From contig NZ_BMOF01000014.1 in assembly GCF_014646935.1 (NCBI RefSeq), positions 7,646-31,645 of the forward strand: a stretch of 24,000 nucleotides of DNA, read 5' to 3'. Source of the DNA: Calditerricola satsumensis (GTDB lineage Bacteria; Bacillota; Bacilli; Calditerricolales; Calditerricolaceae). Under the pieces are notes generated by a model. The model saw only the letters and a program-made list of their open reading frames with translations, made no database searches and had not been told where the DNA came from. Positions 1 through 8,109 of the stretch are shown piece by piece. The translations under genes were made by a program, and so were the position numbers. Each line of letters opens with the position of its first letter. The first letter of the stretch is position 1.

Positions 1-1567
1 CCTGCGGGGAGATGACGCCGCGCTCCAGCGCCTTGCGCAGCACCTTTTCGCGGTTGATGCCCCGTCCGTCGTCGGACACCTCGATGATGACATGATTGCC
101 GCTGGGGTACGCCGAGAGCTTGACCCGCCCCGTCTCCGGTTTGCCCGCCTGTCGCCGCTCCTCCGCCGACTCCAGGCCGTGGTCGATGGCGTTGCGGAGC
201 AGATGCACCAGCGGGTCGCCGATCTCGTCGACCACCGTGCGATCCAGTTCCGTCTCCGCCCCCTCGATGACGAGCTCGACGCGCTTGCCCAGCTCGCGCG
301 ACAGGTCGCGCACCATGCGCGGGAAGCGGTTGAAGACGTGCTCCACCGGCACCATGCGCATGGTCAGCACCAGGTTTTGCAGGTCGCTGCTGATGCGGCT
401 CATGTGTTCCACCGTCTCGAGCAGCGTCGGGTGGTTCAGCTCGCGGGCCAGCTGTTCCAGGCGCCCGCGGTCGATGACCAGTTCGCTGAACAGGTTCATC
501 AGCTGGTCGAGCCGCTCGATGTCGACGCGGATGGTGCGCCCCGCCCCCTTTTTGGCGCGGCCGCTCGCCGAATCGGGGCGAGACGGCGCGGCCGGCGAGC
601 CGGCTTGCCTGTCCGGCGCGCCGGATGGCGAAGCCGGCGCGGCGGAAGAAGGAGGCGGGGTTTCGGCGGGAGCGGATGGGGAAGATGCGGCCGCGGTTTC
701 GCGCAGGGCCTCCCCATCCCCGACAGGGACGACATCCACGGCGACGATTTCCGAAATGTTCAGGATCCGCTCGCGGACCGCCTCTGGCGATTGGTCGGTG
801 ATCAGCACCACGGTGAACGAACGGTCAAACCGCTCGTTCTCGAGGTCTTCCACCGGCGGATGGGCGCGGATCACCTCGCCGAGGGCCTCCAGCTCGCGGA
901 ACACGAGGAAGACGCGCGCCGCCTTCAGCACGCAGGCCGGATCAAGGGTCACCGTGATCGTCAAGGCGGACATCCCGGCCTCGCGCGACTGCTGAATCAC
1001 CGCCCATTCGTACGCATTGAAGCCGTGGCCAACGCCGGTGCCGTCGCGTTCGTCGCCCCCCGCCTTCGCCTCGGGGTCCGCACCCGCCGCGCTGCCCGTG
1101 GGCGCTTGCCCGGCCCCGCCGGCTGCCGCGCCGGCAGCCTCTTCCCGCGTCGACTCCGAAGCGGTGCTCATCGCGGCATCCGGCGTCCGGCCTTCGGCGA
1201 CGGCGCGGAGCGCGCCGACGATGTCCGCCACATCCCCCGCCCCGTCACCGCCCGCCTCGAGGCTCGCCACCATCGTCTCCAGGGCGTCCAGGCAGCGGAA
1301 CAGGAGGTCGTTCAGCGCCGGCGTGACGGCCAGCTCCCCGTTGCGCACGCGGTCGAGGACGTTTTCCATCTCATGGGTCAGATGGGCCATGTCCTCGAAC
1401 CCCATGGTGGCGGCCATGCCTTTCAGCGTGTGGGCCGAGCGAAAGATCTCCTGCACGTGCTGCACTTCGCTTGGCTCGCGCTCCAGCGCAAGGAGCCGGT
1501 CGGTGATGGCCTGCAGGTGTTCGCGCGCCTCCTCCAAAAACAGGGAGAGGTACTGGTTGAGGTCCAA
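1..1567 (-). CDS. cheA: Chemotaxis histidine kinase CheA (N-terminal ~522 aa; 3' end runs off the left edge of the window)
   Basis: Not in the ORF track because no stop lies in the window. My minus-strand translation from TTG at 1567 is open to position 1. It reads LDLNQYLSLFLEEAREHL...FRSAHTLKGMAATMGF (HPt/P1 phospho-His motif). A P2-like domain and a dimerisation segment (RTIRVDIERLDQLMNLFSELVIDRGRL) follow. The HATPase N-box DEIGDPLVHLLRNAIDHG and VIIEVSDDGRGI are present. GGGAGGTG lies about 8 nt upstream of the TTG, 5 nt after the cheB stop. Confidence 0.93.
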   Translation of the reverse strand, partial: MDLNQYLSLFLEEAREHLQAITDRLLALEREPSEVQHVQEIFRSAHTLKGMAATMGFEDMAHLTHEMENVLDRVRNGELAVTPALNDLLFRCLDALETMVASLEAGGDGAGDVADIVGALRAVAEGRTPDAAMSTASESTREEAAGAAAGGAGQAPTGSAAGADPEAKAGGDERDGTGVGHGFNAYEWAVIQQSREAGMSALTITVTLDPACVLKAARVFLVFRELEALGEVIRAHPPVEDLENERFDRSFTVVLITDQSPEAVRERILNISEIVAVDVVPVGDGEALRETAAASSPSAPAETPPPSSAAPASPSGAPDRQAGSPAAPSRPDSASGRAKKGAGRTIRVDIERLDQLMNLFSELVIDRGRLEQLARELNHPTLLETVEHMSRISSDLQNLVLTMRMVPVEHVFNRFPRMVRDLSRELGKRVELVIEGAETELDRTVVDEIGDPLVHLLRNAIDHGLESAEERRQAGKPETGRVKLSAYPSGNHVIIEVSDDGRGINREKVLRKALERGVISPQ

Positions 1568-1572
1568 GGGCT

Positions 1573-2691
1573 TCACACCTCCCGATGGGTCACGACATCC
1601 ATCAGCACGCGGGGAATCTCCCCAAGGGGAACGACGTGATCGGCAAGCTCCGCCTCGATGAGGGCCCGCGGCATCCCAAAGACGACGCAGGTGGACGCGT
1701 CTTCGGCGATGACGGTCCCCACCTGCCCCCGCTCCTTGAGGAGGCGGGCGCCCCACACCCCGTCGGAACCCATGCCGGTCAGCACGACGAGATGCGCGCG
1801 CAGGCCGGGGACGCTCGCCGCCGACGCGAACAGGACGTCCACCGACGGACGGTGCCCTCCGCGCGGCGGATCCTGCGTCAGGCGCGCCACCGGACCGGGG
1901 CCCGGCGTGAGAATCAGGTGATGATCGCCCGGCGCGATGTACACGGTCCCCGCCTCAAGGGGCATGCCGTCTTGCGCCTCAACGACGCGCAGGGCGCAGA
2001 GCTGGTCGAGGCGTGCGGCCAACTGGCGGGTAAAGCCCGGCGGCATGTGCTGCACCACCAACACGGGAGCCGGAAAGTCGGCCGGAAGCGGTGCGAGCAC
2101 CGCCTGCAGCGCGCGGGGGCCACCCGTCGACGCGCCGATGAGCACGACGTCCCGCATGGGTCGTCTTGCCCCGCCTGTCCGCAGGTCAGCGCGACGTACG
2201 GCCGGATGCCCGTCGGCCATCGGTCTCGGGGGCACGGGCGCAGATCCGGCGTGAGAACGGGAAGGACGCGTGAAACCCGGCCGCCGCTCCACGCGGGCGC
2301 GCGCCGCGGCCTTGACTTTCGCCACCAGCTCGCCGGCCACCTTGTGCAGGTCGAGGGAAATCGCGCCCGACGGCTTGGCCACAACATCAACCGCCCCGAG
2401 CTCCAGGGCACGGATCGTTGCTTCCGCCCCCGCATGGGTCAGGCTGCTCAGCATGATCACCGGCAGGGGACGCCTCTCCATCAGCGCCTGCAAGCAGGCC
2501 AGGCCGTCCATCACCGGCATCTCCAGGTCGAGGGTGACGACATCGGGCGAAAGGATCGCCACCTTCTCCAGGGCCTCTCGCCCGTTCCGCGCCGTGTCGA
2601 CGACGGCAATGTCCGGATCCTGGTCCAGCAGATCGGCGATGACCTTGCGCATGAAGGCCGAATCGTCCACAACCAGCACGCGTATGCGCAC
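1573..2691 (-). CDS. cheB: Chemotaxis response regulator protein-glutamate methylesterase CheB
   Basis: ORF 1573..2721 (-). Receiver domain: RVLVVDDSAFMRKVIADLL...VVTLDLEMPVMDG. Methylesterase domain: VVLIGASTGGPRAL...VVQHMPPGFT...GMGSDG. I prefer the GTG at 2691 (MRIRVLVVDD), which has AAAGGGGGTG about 9 nt upstream. The TTG at 2721 is the alternative. Confidence 0.9.
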   Translation of the reverse strand: MRIRVLVVDDSAFMRKVIADLLDQDPDIAVVDTARNGREALEKVAILSPDVVTLDLEMPVMDGLACLQALMERRPLPVIMLSSLTHAGAEATIRALELGAVDVVAKPSGAISLDLHKVAGELVAKVKAAARARVERRPGFTRPSRSHAGSAPVPPRPMADGHPAVRRADLRTGGARRPMRDVVLIGASTGGPRALQAVLAPLPADFPAPVLVVQHMPPGFTRQLAARLDQLCALRVVEAQDGMPLEAGTVYIAPGDHHLILTPGPGPVARLTQDPPRGGHRPSVDVLFASAASVPGLRAHLVVLTGMGSDGVWGARLLKERGQVGTVIAEDASTCVVFGMPRALIEAELADHVVPLGEIPRVLMDVVTHREV

Positions 2692-2730
2692 GACGGGCCG
2701 CACCCCCTTTCGCGACGCCAACGCGGCGCG

Positions 2731-3642
2731 CTAGATCCACGGGACGAGGCGCTGCAAAAACCGCCGGATGCCGCCCGGCTGGCGAGCGCGCGCTCCGTCG
2801 CCACCGACAACGGTTCGGGCAATGCGCGCCAGCTCCCGCGCCGCCGGGGCATGGGGATAGGCAACCAGAAGCGGCCTTTGCGACGTGACGGCCCGGCGGA
2901 CATGCTCATCCTCGGGAACGCAGCCGAGCACGGCGATGGGCAGGTTGAGAAACCGCTGGGCCACCGCCACCAGGCGCCGGGCCGCTTCCTTCCCTTCCCG
3001 CTGCGACCGCGCGCGGTTCACAATCAGCCGCACGGAGAGCTCGCGCGCATCCACCCCGTCCTGCGCCTGCCGCGCCAGCACCTTGACGACGGCGTACGCG
3101 TCGGTCAGCGCCGTGGGTTCGGGCGTCGTCACGAGGAAAAGGTCGTCGGCCGCCAGCAGGGCGCGCAACCCGTGAGGCGTCAAGCCGGCCGCCGTGTCGA
3201 AGAGCACCACATCGGCCGCCGTCTCCAGCTGTTCCAACTGGGCGAACAGGTACCGCAGCGTCTCCTCATTCAACGACAGCAAGCGGTCAAAACCGGAGCC
3301 GCCGGCCAGAAAGCGAATCCCCTCCGGGCCGTCGGTCAGGACGTCCCACACCGACAGGCGGCGCGTCACCAGATCAAGGAGGTGAAAGCGCGGGGCGACC
3401 CCCATCAGCACGTCGAGGTTGGCAAAGCCGAGGTCGATGTCGACCAGGACCACGCGCTTCCCCAAACGGGCCAGGCCCAGGGCCACATTGAGGGCCACGT
3501 TGGACTTGCCCACACCGCCCTTTCCGCTGGTGACGGCGATGACGCGCGCCGGACTGCGCCCGGACGTCGCGGCTCGCTCTGGCGCGGTTTCCGCAGCGAG
3601 CCGGCGCATCCGCTCGCGGAGGGCTTCCGCTTGATCACGCAC
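2731..3642 (-). CDS. flhG: MinD/ParA-type flagellar number regulator ATPase FlhG (YlxH)
   Basis: Deviant Walker A: VIAVTSGKGGVGKSNVALNVA. DQAEALRERM N-terminus as in Bacillus YlxH. C-terminal amphipathic helix GGIRRFLQRLVPWI. The track ORF extends to 3747, but GTG at 3642 follows GGGGGAG by about 7 nt. It overlaps the flhF stop by 8 nt (GTGCGTGA). Confidence 0.9.
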   Translation of the reverse strand: MRDQAEALRERMRRLAAETAPERAATSGRSPARVIAVTSGKGGVGKSNVALNVALGLARLGKRVVLVDIDLGFANLDVLMGVAPRFHLLDLVTRRLSVWDVLTDGPEGIRFLAGGSGFDRLLSLNEETLRYLFAQLEQLETAADVVLFDTAAGLTPHGLRALLAADDLFLVTTPEPTALTDAYAVVKVLARQAQDGVDARELSVRLIVNRARSQREGKEAARRLVAVAQRFLNLPIAVLGCVPEDEHVRRAVTSQRPLLVAYPHAPAARELARIARTVVGGDGARARQPGGIRRFLQRLVPWI

Positions 3643-4966
3643 GGCGCTTCTCCCCCACAAGGAGGTGGGCAATCCGGGCGGGCGTGGCGGGCCAGATGTC
3701 GTCGGGCACGTTCTGCCCGCAGCAGACGTACGCCGTCGGCAGGCCAAACTCGCCGGCCACGTTCAGCAGCGCGCCATAGGACGACGTTTCGTCGGCCTTG
3801 GTGAAGATGACCGCGCGGATGGACAGGGGAAGGAAGTTGGCCACGATCGCCTTCACGTCCTCATATTTCGTGGTCAGGCTGAGGACGAGATGCGTCGCAC
3901 AGGACGCTGCCGGCGCGAGCAGCGTCTTCAGCTCCTCGACAAAGGACGCGTTGCGGTAGTTGCGCCCGGCGGTGTCGAGGAAGATGCGGTCGCAGTCGGC
4001 CAGCTTGGCCAGGGCCTTGCGCAGGTCGTCGGCGGAAAAGACCACTTCGAGCGGAATGTTTAGGATGTTCGCGTAGGTGCGCAGCTGGTCAACCGCCGCG
4101 ATGCGGTAAGTGTCGGCGGTGACAAAAGCCACCTTGCGCCGGTGCTTCAGCACCTGCTCGGCGGCCAGCTTGGCCAGCGTCGTCGTCTTGCCGACGCCGG
4201 TGGGCCCGACAAACACGTGCACCTGCGCCTCCGCGGTCGGACGGGGCGGCGCCACCTCGGCGAGCAGCGCCTCGATTGCCCGCCGGGCCTCGGCCCACAC
4301 CGCCTCCGCATCGGAAGCCCCTTCGCCCGCAGCAGGCATGAGGCGTTCGACCAGACGCGCCACCAGCTCGTCGGAGACGCCCTGTTCAGCCAGATGCTGG
4401 CAAACTTCTTGGAGCGCGGGAGGCAGGGAGCTCATCCGCGCCGGGCCCACCATCAGGCGCGCCACCATCTCCTTCAGGGCCCGGATTTCGCCGGCCAGCT
4501 CGTCGGACGCGGAAACCAAAGGGGCTCCCGAACGGGCCGTGCGGGCGGAATCCGGCGCCTGCGCCGCAGGCACTTCCCGAAGATGCCGGTCGGAAGCGCT
4601 GGTTTCCGACACAGGCGGCGGCGCAGCCCTCTCGGATGCGGACGGATGTTTGGCCGCTTCCGACGCCGCGCGATAGGCGCGGGCCGCCACCGCCGGCACC
4701 GCGTTCGAACGCCCACCACCGGCGGGTTCTCCCTCCGGCGAAACGGCTTGCCCCTTCCGCCGGGGATCCTCTTCCCCGGCCGGCGCGCTCGGCGGGACCT
4801 GGTCCACCGCGGCGATCACTTCGAACTTTTTCTTGCCGAACAGCCCAAACAAACCCCCCGTGCGCACGGGTTTCGTGTACAGGATGACCGCGTCGCGGCC
4901 CAGGTCGTTCTTGATCAGCTCGTGGGCGTGCGGCAGCGAATCGACGATGTAGCGCTTGACGCGCAT
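3635..4966 (-). CDS. flhF: SRP-like GTPase FlhF (flagellar placement/number)
   Basis: 443-aa ORF. N-terminal B-domain: MRVKRYIVDSLPHAHELIKNDLGRDAVILYTKPV. NG domain with FVGPTGVGKTTTLAKLAA, DTAGR and TKADET motifs. The ATG shares one base with the flhA TAA stop (TAATG). Confidence 0.95.
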   Translation of the reverse strand: MRVKRYIVDSLPHAHELIKNDLGRDAVILYTKPVRTGGLFGLFGKKKFEVIAAVDQVPPSAPAGEEDPRRKGQAVSPEGEPAGGGRSNAVPAVAARAYRAASEAAKHPSASERAAPPPVSETSASDRHLREVPAAQAPDSARTARSGAPLVSASDELAGEIRALKEMVARLMVGPARMSSLPPALQEVCQHLAEQGVSDELVARLVERLMPAAGEGASDAEAVWAEARRAIEALLAEVAPPRPTAEAQVHVFVGPTGVGKTTTLAKLAAEQVLKHRRKVAFVTADTYRIAAVDQLRTYANILNIPLEVVFSADDLRKALAKLADCDRIFLDTAGRNYRNASFVEELKTLLAPAASCATHLVLSLTTKYEDVKAIVANFLPLSIRAVIFTKADETSSYGALLNVAGEFGLPTAYVCCGQNVPDDIWPATPARIAHLLVGEKRRA

Positions 4967-7008
4967 TACAGCTTCACCACCCCGACACTGCGGACTTCCA
5001 CATTCGGCTCCAGCTCGGCGTAGGACAGCACCGGAACGTCAGGCAAAATGCGCTCAACGAGCTGGCGGACATAGGGGCGAACGCCCGGCGCGGTGAGCAG
5101 GATCGGCTGCCGGCCAGACTGGAGAAGCTGGTTCACCGCCTCGTTTACCGACCGGTAAAAGCGCTGCGTCGCCTCTGGATCCAGCGCCACATAGGATCCG
5201 TACTCGGTCTGCTGCACGCTCTCGGCGATGCGCTTTTCCGTCTCCGGATCGAGGGTGGCCACAACGAGCGGCTCGCCCGGCTGGACATGCTGGCGGGTGA
5301 TCTGCCGCGAAAGCGCCTGCCGCACGTGCTCGGTCAGGATGTCGGGATCCTTCGTGTACCGCCCGTAGTCGGCCAGTGTCTCCAGGATCGTCACCAGGTT
5401 GCGGATGGAAACCCGTTCCCGCAGGAGCTTGACGAGCACGCGCTGGATCTCGCCGACGGAAAGCACGTTCGGCACCAGTTCCTCCACCACCGCCGGCGCG
5501 TGCTCCTTCACGGCGTCCAAAAGCGCCTTGGTCTCCTGGCGGCCCAAGAGCTCGTGGGCGTGCCGCTTCAGCACTTCCGTCAGGTGGGTGGCGACCACCG
5601 ACGGCGGGTCGACCACCGTGTAGCCGGCCTGCTCCGCCGTCTCCTTCATCGCCTCGTCGATCCACAGCGCCGGCAACCCGAAGGCCGGCTCCGTCGTCTC
5701 AATGCCCACCACGCGCGGGTCGTCAACGCCCGGGCTCATGGCCAGATAGTGGTCGGGCATCAGCTCGCCCCGCGCCACCACGTTGCCGCGGATCTTGATG
5801 ACGTACTCGTTGGGCTTGAGCTGGATGTTGTCGCGGATGCGCACCACCGGCACGATAATGCCCAGCTCCAGCGCCAACTGGCGGCGGATCATGACCACGC
5901 GGTCGAGAAGGTCGCCGCCCTGGGCGGTGTCGGCGAGGGGAATCAGGCCGTAGCCAAACTCGAACTCGATGGGATCGACGTAAAGGAGCTGCTGCACCGA
6001 CTCGGCGCTGCGCAGCCGTTCCGCCTCCCGCTCGGCCTGGCGCTCCACCGTGGTTTCCTCCGTCTCGGGGCCCTCGGCCGCCCGGCGAATGCGCCAGCCG
6101 CCAAGGGCCAGCAGCCCGGCGATGGGCAGCGCGGTGAGGAGGCCGATGGGCGTCAGCAGGCCGAGGGCGAAGATCGTCGCCGCCACGACATAGAGCAGCT
6201 TCGGGTAGGCCAGGATCTGCCGCAGGACGTCCTGGCCGAGGTTGCCGTCCGACGCCGCACGGGTGACAATGATCCCCGTGGCCGTGGAGATGAGCAGAGC
6301 CGGAATCTGGCTCACGAGCCCGTCGCCGACGGAAAGGAGGGTGTAGGTGTGCAGGGCCTCGGTAAACGGCATGCCGTGAATGGCCATGCCGATGATGAAC
6401 CCACCGAGGATGTTGATGAGGAAGATGACGATCCCCGCAATGGCGTCCCCTTTGACGAACTTGCTGGCCCCGTCCATCGCCCCGTAGAAGTCGGCTTCGC
6501 GGTCGATCTTCTCCCGCCGCTGCCGCGCCTCGGCCTCGGTGATCAGCCCGGCGTTCAAGTCGGCGTCGATGGCCATCTGCTTGCCAGGCATGGCGTCGAG
6601 GGTGAAGCGTGCCGCCACCTCGGCCACCCGCTCGGCCCCTTTGGTGATGACGACAAACTGGATGACGACCAGGATGAGGAACACGATAAAGCCGACCACC
6701 GGCTGGCCGCCGATGACGAAGGAGCCGAAGGTGTGCACCACCTTGCCAGCGTTGGCGTCGGTGAGAATGGCCCGCGTCGTCGACACGTTGAGCCCCAGGC
6801 GAAAGAGCGTCGTCAAGAGGAGCAGCGAGGGAAAGATGGCGAACTCGAGGGGCTCCCTCGTGTTCATGGCCACGAGGAGAATGAGCAGCGACAGGGAGAT
6901 GTTGAGGAAGATGAGGAAGTCGAGCACGCCCGGAGGCAGCGGGATGACCATCATCAGGACGATGAGGATGACGGCGGCGAGCACCCCGAGATCTTGCAGG
7001 CGAATCAC
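4966..7008 (-). CDS. flhA: Flagellar type III export gate protein FlhA
   Basis: 680-aa ORF. Multi-TM N-terminal half, including the FHIPEP-type region GAMDGASKFVKGDAIAG. Large cytoplasmic C-terminal domain. GTG start with GGAGG 7 nt upstream. Confidence 0.97.
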   Translation of the reverse strand: MIRLQDLGVLAAVILIVLMMVIPLPPGVLDFLIFLNISLSLLILLVAMNTREPLEFAIFPSLLLLTTLFRLGLNVSTTRAILTDANAGKVVHTFGSFVIGGQPVVGFIVFLILVVIQFVVITKGAERVAEVAARFTLDAMPGKQMAIDADLNAGLITEAEARQRREKIDREADFYGAMDGASKFVKGDAIAGIVIFLINILGGFIIGMAIHGMPFTEALHTYTLLSVGDGLVSQIPALLISTATGIIVTRAASDGNLGQDVLRQILAYPKLLYVVAATIFALGLLTPIGLLTALPIAGLLALGGWRIRRAAEGPETEETTVERQAEREAERLRSAESVQQLLYVDPIEFEFGYGLIPLADTAQGGDLLDRVVMIRRQLALELGIIVPVVRIRDNIQLKPNEYVIKIRGNVVARGELMPDHYLAMSPGVDDPRVVGIETTEPAFGLPALWIDEAMKETAEQAGYTVVDPPSVVATHLTEVLKRHAHELLGRQETKALLDAVKEHAPAVVEELVPNVLSVGEIQRVLVKLLRERVSIRNLVTILETLADYGRYTKDPDILTEHVRQALSRQITRQHVQPGEPLVVATLDPETEKRIAESVQQTEYGSYVALDPEATQRFYRSVNEAVNQLLQSGRQPILLTAPGVRPYVRQLVERILPDVPVLSYAELEPNVEVRSVGVVKL

Positions 7009-7023
7009 CCCTGTGCCTCCTCT

Positions 7024-8109
7024 CTAGGCCTTTCCTTTCAGGCGATAGACGTACGCCAGCACCTCGGCCACAGCCCGATACAGGTCTTCCGGGATCGTCT
7101 GCCCGACCTCCACCCGGGCATACAGGGCCCGTGCCAGCGGCGGGTTTTCCATGATCGTCACCCCGTGTTGCCCGGCGATCTGGCGAATTTTTAGTGCCAG
7201 GTAGTCGGCCCCCTTGGCCACCACCCGGGGCGCGTCCATCTCCGCGGCGTCATAACGCAGCGCGACGGCGACATGGACGGGGTTCGTGATCACAACGTCG
7301 GCCTTGGGCACCTCCTGCATCATGCGCCGCATGGCCATCTCCCGCTGGCGCTTGCGAATGCGCTGCTTGATGAGCGGGTCGCCCTCGGTCCGCTTGTATT
7401 CGTCCTTGACCTCCTGCTTGGACATGCGCAGCTGGCGCTCGTACACCAGCCGTTGGTACCCGTAGTCGAGGGCGGCCAGCGCCACGAGAAGCCCGGAAAA
7501 CACCAACCCCAGCTTCACCGACGTCTCGCCGAGATAGGCCAGCCCCTGCGCGAGGGGCATGCGCGCCAGCATGGCGATCCGGTCCACTTCCCGCCACAGC
7601 ACCAGGGCCAAGGCGCCGAGAATGACCCCAAACTTGACCAGCGTTTTCCCCAACTCCACCAGCGCCCGAACGGACAGGATCCGCCTGAACCCTTCCACGG
7701 GGTTCACCCGCGTCCACCGGGGAACCAGCGGATCGGTGGTCACGAGGAAGCCAAACTGCACCGCGTTGCCCAGCACGCCCAACAGGAGGGCGACGAGGGC
7801 AAAGGGGGCGACAATCTTGATCCCCGCCAGCGCATAGGTCATGAGCAGCCGCTCGACCGTACGGGCCGTGAGCGGCGCGCGCACGTCGACGGCCAATCCG
7901 TGGCGAAGGAGAACCGCCGTTTCGTAGGCCAGCTGCTTTCCCGCGGCCAAGAGGAGGAGAAACGCCACCAGGAGGATGAGCGCCGCGGGCAGTTCCACGC
8001 TTTTGGCCACCTGCCCCTTTCGCCGCGCCTCCTGGCGTCGGCGCGGCGTGGGCTTTTCCGTTTTTTCCTCGGCGAAGAACTGCAGATCAACGGCCAACCC
8101 TATCCCCAT
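7024..8109 (-). CDS. flhB: Flagellar export switch protein FlhB
   Basis: The track ORF extends to 8208. The canonical N-terminus MGIGLAVDLQFFAEEKTEKPTPRRRQEARRKGQVAKS starts at ATG 8109 with GAGGAAGGA upstream. Four TM segments. Autocleavage region ADVVITNPVHVAVALRYD. Confidence 0.93.
   Translation of the reverse strand: MGIGLAVDLQFFAEEKTEKPTPRRRQEARRKGQVAKSVELPAALILLVAFLLLLAAGKQLAYETAVLLRHGLAVDVRAPLTARTVERLLMTYALAGIKIVAPFALVALLLGVLGNAVQFGFLVTTDPLVPRWTRVNPVEGFRRILSVRALVELGKTLVKFGVILGALALVLWREVDRIAMLARMPLAQGLAYLGETSVKLGLVFSGLLVALAALDYGYQRLVYERQLRMSKQEVKDEYKRTEGDPLIKQRIRKRQREMAMRRMMQEVPKADVVITNPVHVAVALRYDAAEMDAPRVVAKGADYLALKIRQIAGQHGVTIMENPPLARALYARVEVGQTIPEDLYRAVAEVLAYVYRLKGKA

Noticed and set aside
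2731-3747. N-terminal extensions of track ORFs: flhG to 3747, flhB to 8208, fliP to 10144, flgD to 15629, flgC to 23790, cheB to 2721 and flbD to 13999.
   Set aside because: The extensions run through the 3' ends of the upstream genes in another frame and encode Arg/Pro-rich junk. Conserved family N-termini, good RBSs and stop-start coupling are found at the internal starts given in the feature table.
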